Under the pieces are notes generated by a model, which did no database searches, was not told where the DNA came from, and worked only from the letters and a program-made list of their open reading frames with translations. A program made the position numbers and the translations under genes. A DNA stretch of 34,881 nt, taken from the IMG/VR virus record IMGVR_UViG_3300032312_000144, positions 1 to 34,881 of that record; one strand, 5' to 3'. Origin of the DNA: a virus. Its lineage: Duplodnaviria > Caudoviricetes. Below, piece by piece: positions 26,624 to 34,854 of the stretch (its first letter is position 1; each line of letters opens with the position of its first letter).

Positions 26624-27576
26624 TGTCAGATCCAAAGGCACTACTGCTTGAGGTACTACGAGCTAAGGATGCTAGTAGGGCTAGATCTAAGCAGACACAG
26701 GTAGGTCCATCAGAGTTAGGTGGTTGCCGTAGAAAAGTTTGGTATCGTCTTAACGATCAACCTGAAACTAATGAGAACGAATTAAAGTTAGCAGCGATTA
26801 TGGGTACTGCTATCCACGCTACTATTGAAGAGGCTATTAGAACAGTTGACCCAAAGGGTGAGAAGTATTGGGTTGAAACTGCAGTTGAATATTCTGGGAT
26901 GAAAGCGCATATAGATCTATTCATTCCAGAGTCAGGCGATGTTGTAGATTGGAAGACAGTTAAGAAACAAAACCTTTCTTACTTTCCTTCAACTCAACAG
27001 CGTTGGCAAGTTCAGGTCTATGGCTACTTGTTAGACAAGTCGGGCAAGGGGAAGGTCCGAACTGTCAACCTTGTAGCCATAGCCAGGGATGGTGATGAGA
27101 GAGATGTTGTTGTACATTCAGAACCTTACGATCCTAGTATTGCTGAAGAAGCTCTTAACTGGTTAAGCGCAGTTAAAGAGTCAGAGGTAGTACCAGATCC
27201 TGAGCGAGATCAAAATTACTGCAAGTCTTATTGCAAGTACTTTGATGAGACAGGTGAGATCGGTTGCTCTGGCTTAAAAAAAGAACGTATCAAAGATGAG
27301 TTGCCTCTTATAGAAGATGGCAATGTTGATCACTCAGCTTTGATGTACTTACAACTTGATCAACAAATAAAAGAGTTAACTGAAAAGCGCGACTCATTAC
27401 GAACTGCGTTTGACGGTATAACTGGAGAGACTGCTAGTGGTGTTCAGATCACCTGGACAACTGTTAATGGTAGGTCTACAGTTAACACAGCCGAAGTAGA
27501 AAAACTACTAGGCTTTGTACCAAAGGTGGAGGGACAACCTTTCGCTAGATTAAATATAAAAACAGGAGGAAAATAA
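26623..27576 (+). CDS. Cas4/RecB-like PD-(D/E)XK exonuclease
   Basis: GPSELGGCRRK, GTAIH, HIDL, DWKT, QVQVYG and a C-terminal Cys cluster (CKSYC...C), consistent with a 4Fe-4S Cas4-like fold. Confidence 0.85.
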   Translation: MSDPKALLLEVLRAKDASRARSKQTQVGPSELGGCRRKVWYRLNDQPETNENELKLAAIMGTAIHATIEEAIRTVDPKGEKYWVETAVEYSGMKAHIDLFIPESGDVVDWKTVKKQNLSYFPSTQQRWQVQVYGYLLDKSGKGKVRTVNLVAIARDGDERDVVVHSEPYDPSIAEEALNWLSAVKESEVVPDPERDQNYCKSYCKYFDETGEIGCSGLKKERIKDELPLIEDGNVDHSALMYLQLDQQIKELTEKRDSLRTAFDGITGETASGVQITWTTVNGRSTVNTAEVEKLLGFVPKVEGQPFARLNIKTGGK

Positions 27577-27945
27577 ATGGCTGCACCTGAATCAACAAAG
27601 TTTCAGATCAACTACAAGTTAGCTGATGGAACTTTAGTTAATCTATATGCAATAAGTCAGGCTGAATTAGAGGCATCTCTAACTTCAATCGCTGATCTAT
27701 CAACATTAATTACATCAACTGGCACCACACTTGGTGCTACTGCACAACCATCAGGTGGCGCAGTTGCTTATGCTAAGAAAGCATTGGGTGCTACAGCAGT
27801 TGCACCATCAGGAGATGCACCTGATTGCAAGCACGGGTCAATGAGTTTCCGTTCAGGTCAAGGAACGAAAGGTCCTTGGAAGGGATGGATGTGCGCTGCA
27901 CCTAAGGGTGCAACAGATAAGTGCGATACAGTCTGGATTAGATAA
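27577..27945 (+). CDS. Hypothetical protein with C-terminal CKHG...WMC...C Zn motif
   Basis: AGGAGG SD; follows the Cas4-like gene. Confidence 0.65.
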   Translation: MAAPESTKFQINYKLADGTLVNLYAISQAELEASLTSIADLSTLITSTGTTLGATAQPSGGAVAYAKKALGATAVAPSGDAPDCKHGSMSFRSGQGTKGPWKGWMCAAPKGATDKCDTVWIR

Positions 27946-27948
27946 CTA

Positions 27949-28206
27949 ATGCGGGGGCCTGCTTCTTACGAGGACCCACTTTGTCAAGAGATCTCTACTG
28001 AATTATTCTTTCCAGAGATTGGTGAAGACAGAGTACTGCTAACGCAGTTGAAATCAATGTGCAAGAGATGTCCCCACTTTCAAGAGTGTGCAGAGTGGGG
28101 CATCAAGAATGAGAAGTATGGAATATGGGGCGGTCTTAGTTCACAAGAACGAATAAGGATTCGCAGACAACGAGGGATAACCTTGAGAGAGGCAGACGTT
28201 GCTTAA
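27949..28206 (+). CDS. whiB: WhiB-family Fe-S transcription regulator
   Basis: C...LFFP...CKRCP...C...GIWGG..SQER signature. Confidence 0.95.
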   Translation: MRGPASYEDPLCQEISTELFFPEIGEDRVLLTQLKSMCKRCPHFQECAEWGIKNEKYGIWGGLSSQERIRIRRQRGITLREADVA

Positions 28207-29032
28207 CTTACGCAGAGCTTGGAATAGCACAACTACAAAGGCTACTCCTCTACCTGATGTTTGGAATGATTTAAAAAACAAACAGATCAGGTTTAGAAGA
28301 GGGCAGGTTTGTATGGTTGCTGCTGCACCAAACGCTGGTAAGTCTATGTTTGCTTTAATCTATGCAATCAAGGCCAATGTTCCAACACTTTTCTTTTCTG
28401 CAGATACTGATATAGCTACAGTAATGATGAGGACTGCAGCACATATCTCAGGTCATAATCAAACACTGGTGGAAGAGAACTTAAATAAGAGTAATCATTT
28501 CTACGACTCTAAGTTTGATCAAGTAAAGAATATAGAATGGGTCTTTGATTCATCACCATCACTAGATGATATTGAGTTAGAGATCAAGGCTTATATAGAA
28601 CTTTATGGTATTCCACCAGAGTTGATAGTGATAGATAACCTAATGAATGTGGCAGCAGAATCAGATAATGAATGGGCTGGGCTTCGTCAGATAATGGTGG
28701 AGTTGCACGATATGGCTCGTCAAACTGAGGCTTGTGTAATGGTGCTACATCACGTCAGCGAACAGTCTGAGTATGGATCTACTACTGAACCACCTCATCG
28801 TAGATCTATTCACGGCAAAGTATCTCAGCTACCAGCAATGATTTTAACTTTAGGTTATGAACCTATCCAAAGTTTATTAAGAGTTGCTGCAGTTAAGAAC
28901 CGCTTTGGTAAGCACACTGCTGATGGTAAGGATTACATTTCACTGTTTGTTAATTATGGCTCTTGTCAGATCTATGATTCTGATACCTATGGTCGTATGA
29001 TTAGAAGGGATGCGGTACTAGAGGTTGGCTAA
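28199..29032 (+). CDS. DnaB-like replicative helicase (ATPase domain only)
   Basis: Walker A AAPNAGKS, Walker B LIVIDNL, VLHH and KNRFG. Confidence 0.9.
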   Translation: MLNLRRAWNSTTTKATPLPDVWNDLKNKQIRFRRGQVCMVAAAPNAGKSMFALIYAIKANVPTLFFSADTDIATVMMRTAAHISGHNQTLVEENLNKSNHFYDSKFDQVKNIEWVFDSSPSLDDIELEIKAYIELYGIPPELIVIDNLMNVAAESDNEWAGLRQIMVELHDMARQTEACVMVLHHVSEQSEYGSTTEPPHRRSIHGKVSQLPAMILTLGYEPIQSLLRVAAVKNRFGKHTADGKDYISLFVNYGSCQIYDSDTYGRMIRRDAVLEVG

Positions 29033-29195
29033 TACGGAGATAAAATATGTCAAAAATAAAATTACTAAACTGGAAAGTGATTTTGCTGCTTTTAGTTCTA
29101 TACTTATACAGGCGGGAATTGTTGAAGTATCTGAAGAAGATGGCGAGCAAACATACAGAGTAAACAAGGTAAAGGTAGATGAGCGCAAAGAATAA
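29025..29195 (+). CDS. Hypothetical protein (56 aa, MANTEIKYVKNKITKLESDF...)
   Basis: TTG start overlapping the helicase end; fills the gap. An alternative frame exists at 29047-29163. Confidence 0.5.
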   Translation: MANTEIKYVKNKITKLESDFAAFSSILIQAGIVEVSEEDGEQTYRVNKVKVDERKE

Positions 29196-29538
29196 ACGCA
29201 AGGGTGCATCCTTTGAACTAGATGTTATGAAGTGGTTTAGATCTAAGGGTGTTAATGCTGAGCGCTTACGCTTATCAGGACAAAAGGATGAGGGTGATCT
29301 AGTAGTTGTTGTTGCTGGAGAAACTTTTATCTTGGAGTTAAAGAACACTAAGTCAATGGATCTACCTCAGTTCTGGAGAGAGGCTGTTGTTGAAGCTCAG
29401 AACTACGCTAGTGCTAGAGGTATCAAGCCAGCACCATTGTCTTATGTAGTAGTTAAAAGGCGCAATGCAAGCATAGAACAATCTTGGGTAGTCCAAGATT
29501 TACAGCAATGGTTGGAGGATAAAGATGCCTGTCCCTAA
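29179..29538 (+). CDS. Holliday junction resolvase (Hjc-type PD-(D/E)XK)
   Basis: KRKGASFE, DEGDL, ILELKN and VVVKRR. Confidence 0.85.
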   Translation: MSAKNKRKGASFELDVMKWFRSKGVNAERLRLSGQKDEGDLVVVVAGETFILELKNTKSMDLPQFWREAVVEAQNYASARGIKPAPLSYVVVKRRNASIEQSWVVQDLQQWLEDKDACP

Positions 29539-29677
29539 TGGAGAGATAACAAGTAGTAATATATTAAAACGAGAGCTACCCAAAATGGTTATGGTTACCT
29601 GTAATCACTGTGCTAAAAGGTATGAGATAGCACAGGAAAATATAAGGGTTGATAATTATTGTACGGAGTGCAAATGA
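29525..29677 (+). CDS. Zn-ribbon microprotein (50 aa, CNHC...CTEC)
   Basis: GGAGG SD; ATGA overlap with the next ORF. Confidence 0.6.
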   Translation: MPVPNGEITSSNILKRELPKMVMVTCNHCAKRYEIAQENIRVDNYCTECK

Positions 29678-29856
29678 TTTGCGAACATTGCAAGAAGGGT
29701 GGCGAATCAAATGTTAAACGTAAGTTTAAGTTGGCTTATAGATACCATTGTAAATGCAAAGGAGATTGTGGATGTCAGCATCAGACTGGTCCAGGAGTAG
29801 GAAGCCTGGCAAAAGCAATGGCAGAACCGATGCGAACACAATACCCATTGGAGTAG
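29674..29856 (+). CDS. Cys/His-rich small protein (MICEHC...HCKCKGDCGCQH)
   Basis: GGAG SD and coupled ATG at 29674. Confidence 0.6.
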   Translation: MICEHCKKGGESNVKRKFKLAYRYHCKCKGDCGCQHQTGPGVGSLAKAMAEPMRTQYPLE

Positions 29857-30149
29857 TAGTTCAGTTTTATGGTGGTGAAGTAAGGGAAGGCAGAGCTTGT
29901 TCAGTTAGGTGTGTAATGCACGATGACTCTCGTAAGTCAGCAGTGATCAACACAGTGGAGAACCTATACTTCTGTCATACCTGCGGTAAGGGTGGAAACA
30001 CTGTCAATGTTGTAATGGAAAAAGAGAGTTTGGAGTTTAAAGATGCTCTCGCAAGAGCAATTGAAATCATATCTGCAAGCGGCAACCCGCTACCAGCAGG
30101 GTCTAACCGTAGAAACCGCAACGTTTCTAAAAGAACGTGGCATATCTAA
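29772..30149 (+). CDS. DNA primase zinc-binding domain (CHC2)
   Basis: CVMHDD...SA...FCHTCGKGGN; AAAGGAG before ATG 29772. Confidence 0.85.
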   Translation: MSASDWSRSRKPGKSNGRTDANTIPIGVVVQFYGGEVREGRACSVRCVMHDDSRKSAVINTVENLYFCHTCGKGGNTVNVVMEKESLEFKDALARAIEIISASGNPLPAGSNRRNRNVSKRTWHI

Positions 30150-30690
30150 GGAGATAGCTGAGCCATTTGTTTTAGGTACAGTAGTTGATCCACTACCTGA
30201 GCATCAGGGCTATGAGGGTTGGCTATCTATTCCATACTTTACTGCTCTTGGTCTTTGTGTTGGCTTTAAGTTTAGAAGATTAGATGAGGGCAAACCTAAG
30301 TATGGTATGGCTATTGGTCAGAAGACCCACCTATTTAATGTTAGTGCTTTGTTAGAACCTAAGGACACTATCGCTGTATGTGAAGGTGAGTTAGATGCAA
30401 TCATTTGTACTGGTGCATTAGGTATACCTGCAGTTGGAGTACCTGGTGTTGCTGCTTGGAAACCACACTTTGCAAAGATGATGAATGGATATGGCAGAGT
30501 ACTTGTTATAGGTGATAACGATGTTAAAGAAGATGGTTCTAATCCAGGAGCTGAGTTTTCTAGGCGAGTAGCATCAGAGGTCATCAACGCCACGATCTGT
30601 GTGTTGCCACCAGGAATGGATGTAAATGAGGTATATTTAGCAAAAGGGATAGAAGAGACAAAACGGATATTGGGGGCAGTTAATGTATGA
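30043..30690 (+). CDS. DNA primase TOPRIM catalytic domain
   Basis: LKERGI, IPY, KFRR, KY, CEGELDA, GVPG, GDND and DVN. Confidence 0.9.
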   Translation: MLSQEQLKSYLQAATRYQQGLTVETATFLKERGISKEIAEPFVLGTVVDPLPEHQGYEGWLSIPYFTALGLCVGFKFRRLDEGKPKYGMAIGQKTHLFNVSALLEPKDTIAVCEGELDAIICTGALGIPAVGVPGVAAWKPHFAKMMNGYGRVLVIGDNDVKEDGSNPGAEFSRRVASEVINATICVLPPGMDVNEVYLAKGIEETKRILGAVNV

Positions 30691-31084
30691 GGAACTCGGA
30701 CCTGACGGAATTAGCCGTATGGTTAACGACTTATGGGATCTTGATAGACAAGATAGATTACGAAAGCGGAACGATCACAATATCGCCACCACCAACGAAG
30801 GAGTAGATAAAGATTTCATCTCCAATATGTGGAAGGTTATGGATAGTGCTGGCAATCTACTCATAGATAAGCACAAAGACTACGGCCCAACTAATATTTC
30901 TAATGCACCTGGCGGTGCGCTTAATGGATTAAGAGTGCGTATGCACGACAAGACTGCTCGCATCAATCATCTAATAGATACTGGCGCTGTGCCTACTAAT
31001 GAATCTTTGAAGGATAGTTTTGTAGATCTACTTAACTATTCAGCTATTGCGATTATGGTTTTGGAAGGTACTTGGCCTAAGTAA
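30683..31084 (+). CDS. DUF1599 / nucleotide-modification-associated domain 1-like protein
   Basis: KHKDYG..NI, GLRVRMHDK..R and ESLKDSFVDLLNY. Confidence 0.7.
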   Translation: MYEELGPDGISRMVNDLWDLDRQDRLRKRNDHNIATTNEGVDKDFISNMWKVMDSAGNLLIDKHKDYGPTNISNAPGGALNGLRVRMHDKTARINHLIDTGAVPTNESLKDSFVDLLNYSAIAIMVLEGTWPK

Positions 31085-31122
31085 TTCAGCACACCTAGTA
31101 GATAAGAAGCGTAGACAAGTAG

Positions 31123-31758
31123 ATGACTAAAGAATTACACCCGATTATGGCAGACCTAGTACCAGCAGTGGCTAACTCTATTGCTCGTAGGTTTAAGGGT
31201 TGGGTAGAGCGAGATGATGTTAAGCAAGAGCTTTATCTTTGGGCATTAGGTAGACAAAGCCAGTACTTAGATCAACTTAATGAAGAGAACAAAGAGAAGC
31301 GTGAGTACAGTGTAAGCAGAATTGCATACCAAATGCGTAGGATTGCAGAGAAGTATGCTCGTAGGGAGAAGGCTCGTAAGGCTGGTTACCACACAACAGA
31401 TGAAGCCTTCTACGATACTGCAACTATCGCTAGATTAATGCCATCTATCTTACAATCTGTAATAGAAGGAACCATACTAGAGCAAGCACAAGATTTAATA
31501 AATGATGGACAACCTCGTAAGCAACCAGCCCCTGCTGAGGGTGGCAACCTCCTTGCTATCTTAATAGATGTAAAAAGATCATACTTAAAGTTAGAAGAAG
31601 AAGACAAGACCATACTTCGTATGCGCTACTACGATAACAATACTCTTCAAGAGATATCACAATACTTAGAGTGTGCTGTGTCTACTGCTGATCGCAGGTG
31701 TACCTCAGCTCTGCGTAGATTACAAGATCTACTGGGAGGTGATACACCTTGGAATTAA
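31123..31758 (+). CDS. Sigma-70-like factor (region 2 plus region 4 HTH)
   Basis: ERDDVKQEL; C-terminal LRMRYYDNNTLQEISQYLECAVSTADRR HTH. Confidence 0.8.
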   Translation: MTKELHPIMADLVPAVANSIARRFKGWVERDDVKQELYLWALGRQSQYLDQLNEENKEKREYSVSRIAYQMRRIAEKYARREKARKAGYHTTDEAFYDTATIARLMPSILQSVIEGTILEQAQDLINDGQPRKQPAPAEGGNLLAILIDVKRSYLKLEEEDKTILRMRYYDNNTLQEISQYLECAVSTADRRCTSALRRLQDLLGGDTPWN

Positions 31759-32492
31759 ACAAAATCTACAATGAAGATTGTTTAGAAACTATGAAAGGTA
31801 TGGATGATAATTCTATAGACTTGACTATTACATCTCCACCTTATGATTCACTTAGAGTTTATAACGGGTATTCATTTAATTTTGAATCTATATCTAAAGA
31901 GTTATACCGTACTACTAAACCTGGTGGTGTGTTGGTATGGATAGTAGGAGATGAAACTGTAAAGGGTAGTGAAACTGGTACATCTTTTAGACAAGCGCTT
32001 GGATTAAAAGATGCTGGGTTTAATCTGCACGATACTATGATCTGGCGTAAGACAAATCCAATGCCTAAGTTTAAACACAAACGTTACTCCTGTGTCTTTG
32101 AATATATGTTTGTTTTATCTAAAGGACAACCTAAAACTTTCAATCCTTTAATGCAACCAAATAAAAGAGCTGGTGAACTTTATGATTACACAGCTAAATT
32201 AAAAACTACAGGTAAAGTAAGACAGAAAAAAACATTCAATATAAACAGTGAAAGATACCGAGATAATATATGGGAGATAGCTGTTGCAAGAAATGACACC
32301 GATCATCCTGCTGTTTTTCCTGAGATTCTAGTATCAGACCACATATTATCTTGGAGTAATGAGGGAGATATTGTTTATGATCCATTTATGGGATCAGGAA
32401 CTACTGCTATTGCTGCTAAGAAACTTAATAGAAACTATATAGGTAGTGAGATTAGTCAAGAGTACTGCGTCATTGCATTAAGTAGGATATAG
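31749..32492 (+). CDS. Beta-class amino DNA methyltransferase (N4-C or N6-A)
   Basis: TSPPY (motif IV) precedes HPAVFP and DPFMGSGTT (motif I). Confidence 0.92.
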   Translation: MELNKIYNEDCLETMKGMDDNSIDLTITSPPYDSLRVYNGYSFNFESISKELYRTTKPGGVLVWIVGDETVKGSETGTSFRQALGLKDAGFNLHDTMIWRKTNPMPKFKHKRYSCVFEYMFVLSKGQPKTFNPLMQPNKRAGELYDYTAKLKTTGKVRQKKTFNINSERYRDNIWEIAVARNDTDHPAVFPEILVSDHILSWSNEGDIVYDPFMGSGTTAIAAKKLNRNYIGSEISQEYCVIALSRI

Positions 32493-32884
32493 TGGATATC
32501 TTAAGAGAGTCTGAACTATTTGATTACTTAAAAGAGTTTCACTTTTCTGACCTAAGTAAAAGTGAAGATGAGTTTGATAGTTTTGATTGTGTGAGTATGG
32601 AACATAAGATGTTTATTGAATTGAAATCTAGGAAGACACATTATGACGATCTTTTAATAGAGGAACACAAGTACTCCTCTCTCATAATGGCAGCTGGTAT
32701 CAGGTCCCTTACTCCCTGGTATATCAACTCCACACCTAACGGCATCTGGGGGTTTAACCTCTCTAAACTCCCGATGCCTAAGTGGGAAGACAAGTGGCTA
32801 CCAATTACTACTGAGTTTGCTAATAAGAAAAGCAGGTCTAAGCCTGTTGGTTATCTAAACATTAAAGATGGGGAAGAGTTATGA
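32492..32884 (+). CDS. PD-(D/E)XK nuclease-fold protein
   Basis: FDC...FIELKSRK; TAGTG-coupled to the MTase. Confidence 0.65.
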   Translation: MDILRESELFDYLKEFHFSDLSKSEDEFDSFDCVSMEHKMFIELKSRKTHYDDLLIEEHKYSSLIMAAGIRSLTPWYINSTPNGIWGFNLSKLPMPKWEDKWLPITTEFANKKSRSKPVGYLNIKDGEEL

Positions 32885-33048
32885 TCTACGAATACAGGTG
32901 CAACACCTGCAACCTAGTCAAGTCAGTTGAAAGATCTATCTATGACAGTGAGGATATACCCCTGTGCTGTGGCGATCTAACCAGCAGGGTATTCTCGCCC
33001 CCTCCTATTAGCTTTAGAGGTAGCGGGTTCTATACAAATGATAAATGA
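32881..33048 (+). CDS. FmdB-like Zn-ribbon protein (55 aa)
   Basis: YEYRCNTC...CCG...RVFSPPPISFRGSGFYTNDK, the FmdB-family pattern; ATGA-coupled. Confidence 0.8.
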   Translation: MIYEYRCNTCNLVKSVERSIYDSEDIPLCCGDLTSRVFSPPPISFRGSGFYTNDK

Positions 33049-33050
33049 TC

Positions 33051-33059
33051 TGATATAGT
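33051..33059 (+). promoter_or_regulatory. Extended -10 promoter TGnTATAGT
   Basis: TGATATAGT immediately after the last + strand CDS. Confidence 0.5.
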
Positions 33060-33065
33060 TCTACT

Positions 33066-33134
33066 ACCTTGCTGGATTTTCCAGTATAGAGTGCTGGCAA
33101 TAGCCCCTTCGGTTCCTATCCCGAAGGGGTTTTT
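33066..33134 (+). ncRNA. Candidate small RNA A (about 70 nt)
   Basis: Bounded by an extended -10 and a terminator; internal hairpins; terminator loop TTCCTATC. Confidence 0.4.
33102..33134 (+). terminator. Rho-independent terminator
   Basis: AGCCCCTTCGG-TTCCTATC-CCGAAGGGGTT followed by T tract. Confidence 0.85.
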
Positions 33135-33147
33135 GTCTTTAACAATT

Positions 33148-33187
33148 AAAAAAGCCCCGCAGTAAATGAACAAAACTGCGGAGCTTT
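33148..33187 (-). terminator. Rho-independent terminator for leftward transcripts
   Basis: Minus strand AAAGCTCCGCAGT-N11-ACTGCGGGGCTTT with a T6 tail. Confidence 0.85.
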
Positions 33188-33208
33188 CGCTGTCCCTAGG
33201 AAGGAAGG
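33148..33208 (-). ncRNA. Candidate small RNA B (about 60 nt) with 5' (UUCC)n tract
   Basis: Follows a perfect TGATATAAT, begins within TTCCTTCCTTCCT and ends at the terminator. Confidence 0.45.
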
Positions 33209-33214
33209 AACTCT

Positions 33215-33223
33215 ATTATATCA
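33215..33223 (-). promoter_or_regulatory. Extended -10 promoter TGnTATAAT
   Basis: Minus strand TGATATAAT overlapping the C5-MTase stop codon. Confidence 0.55.
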
Positions 33224-33851
33224 ACACTAATAACTGCATACCAATTTCTCTAGTATATATGGGTGGTATCGCTTCTACCAACTCTCCCCATATCATCCAG
33301 TCAATTCCCATAGCCTCTCTTGCTTCCTCAATACTCTTGGCAGTGTGACCGCCCTTTGGTATCTCATCTCGCATAGATCCATAAACTCCTACTGGCTTGC
33401 CCTGTGATTTATGATCGCAAGGTGAACCAACAATAGGTAAATTACTTTCAAATCTTCTATGCCTTCTAACCTTTAATCCAAAATATGAACCACACATTTG
33501 TATTGGGTTAATTAAAGGTGAGCCTGGCACATTTTCAATTACATAAGGTTTGCCACTTGCTATCAAAGCTTCTCTTGTTTGTGGTATTAGATCTATCTTA
33601 TCTGTTGATTTACCCTGAGCATTACGTAAATGTTGAGTAATGCTGTGAGTTTGGCAAGGAGGACTGGCAGCTATTACATCAAATGATTTAAGGAAATCCA
33701 TATCCTTCATTAACTCCAGACAGTCAGCCTGAATAAACTCAAATGGATAACGCTTCTGTTTCTTTATATCCACACCCACTACCTCAAAGCCTGCTAACTG
33801 GTAGCCCTTGCTTGCACCACCAGCTTTGCAGTATAGATCAAGGAGTTTCAT
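33216..33851 (-). CDS. Short C5-cytosine DNA methyltransferase
   Basis: LLDLYCKAGG (motif I variant), SPPCQ (IV), IENV (VI), RHRRFE (VIII) and EAIPP. Confidence 0.9.
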   Translation of the reverse strand: MKLLDLYCKAGGASKGYQLAGFEVVGVDIKKQKRYPFEFIQADCLELMKDMDFLKSFDVIAASPPCQTHSITQHLRNAQGKSTDKIDLIPQTREALIASGKPYVIENVPGSPLINPIQMCGSYFGLKVRRHRRFESNLPIVGSPCDHKSQGKPVGVYGSMRDEIPKGGHTAKSIEEAREAMGIDWMIWGELVEAIPPIYTREIGMQLLVLI

Positions 33852-34273
33852 CAGTAATATCTATGCTTGAGAAAGAACTTGTGTGCTTTACAAGGTGTTT
33901 GGTATCGCTTAGAAATATATTTAAGACCTCGCAAGATCTGATACTCAGGTCTGCTATCTGTTTCTCTAAGGAGTTGAGCAATTCCGTAAGCACTTGATCC
34001 CTGTTTGTTGATTGCATAGTTATCAAACCTGCTTTCACTGGTCCAAAGGGACTTGAGGCACTCCCACTCTCTTCCTTGCCACCCGAAACCAGCCTGAGCG
34101 TAGTCTTTTGAGAGCTTTCTATTACGGTTCTTTTCATCTTGCGTTGCCTTCCTATTGGATATAACACCATCAGGTATCTTACCTACTGGTGGTGGAAATA
34201 ATTTATCTTGACCTACTACCAGCAGACCTAGTGCTACCACTAATATCAAGCCACTTCTTACCCATTTGATCAT
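33851..34273 (-). CDS. Secreted/membrane-anchored lytic transglycosylase (lysozyme-like fold)
   Basis: MIKWVRSGLILVVALGLLVV signal or anchor; CL..LW..ES, SSAYGIAQ and QI..GL.YI..RY..PC.A. Confidence 0.8.
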   Translation of the reverse strand: MIKWVRSGLILVVALGLLVVGQDKLFPPPVGKIPDGVISNRKATQDEKNRNRKLSKDYAQAGFGWQGREWECLKSLWTSESRFDNYAINKQGSSAYGIAQLLRETDSRPEYQILRGLKYISKRYQTPCKAHKFFLKHRYY

Positions 34274-34424
34274 CGGCCTCAATCTCTTCCTCAAGGTAAG
34301 CACGATATACATTTGGGTAATCTCTACTCAAACGGGCTAACGCTCTGTCCCTTGCTCTTCGGTAGTTTCTTCGGCGAACGGCTTGTGCCTTAGCGGTTTC
34401 TATTCTCCGTTCTGTCTTGCTCAA
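34203..34424 (-). CDS. Hypothetical Arg-rich protein (73 aa)
   Basis: RRRNYRRARDRALARL helix; overlaps both neighbours. Confidence 0.6.
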   Translation of the reverse strand: MSKTERRIETAKAQAVRRRNYRRARDRALARLSRDYPNVYRAYLEEEIEADDQMGKKWLDISGSTRSAGSRSR

Positions 34425-34687
34425 TTACTCCACCTTTCCATACAGTTTGCGATAGTAGATAATACTATGGAAGTAATCTCAATCTGAGGCGACACCTCCT
34501 TGGCATCTTCCTCATCTGTTAGCCACTCTTGAACATAAATCTTACTGTCTAAAGGGCTATTGCGATACCACTTTAACGCCTCTGAAGGGCTTTCTCCGCC
34601 CCATATAGCTAGATTTTGAGCGTCTGATACCTCATAAAAGATCACTCTCTTTAATGACCCGTTGCGTAGCTCTAATACATTACTCAC
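34421..34687 (-). CDS. Hypothetical protein (88 aa)
   Basis: AAGGAG SD, GTG start coupled to the upstream TGA. Confidence 0.65.
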   Translation of the reverse strand: MSNVLELRNGSLKRVIFYEVSDAQNLAIWGGESPSEALKWYRNSPLDSKIYVQEWLTDEEDAKEVSPQIEITSIVLSTIANCMERWSN

Positions 34688-34854
34688 TTGCTCTCCTTCT
34701 CTCTCATTACTCTCTTATCCTCGCACTCTGAACAGGTATCGGATTGATACTCCACTCTGTCATACATAACATCACACTCATTACAGTTGATTAACTCCTC
34801 ATAGCCCCCACTCAGGGCAAACTCATCTCCCGATAGGTAGCGTGGCTCACTCAT
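34684..34854 (-). CDS. Acidic Zn-ribbon microprotein (56 aa, CNEC...CSEC)
   Basis: AAGGGG SD, ATG 34854, GTGA overlap downstream; not in the ORF track. Confidence 0.6.
   Translation of the reverse strand: MSEPRYLSGDEFALSGGYEELINCNECDVMYDRVEYQSDTCSECEDKRVMREKESK

Noticed and set aside
26623-27576. Cas4-like gene as evidence of CRISPR-Cas
   Set aside because: No repeat-spacer array or other cas genes seen; solo Cas4-like nucleases are common in phage replication modules.
33071-33100. GAGTGCTGG as a CIRCE operator, or the region as a tRNA
   Set aside because: The left CIRCE arm is missing, and there is no cloverleaf, T-loop or CCA. No tRNA was found anywhere in the window.
33743-34170. ORFs 33743-33997(+) and 33838-34170(-)
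   Set aside because: They overlap the motif-bearing MTase and transglycosylase genes and have no features of their own.
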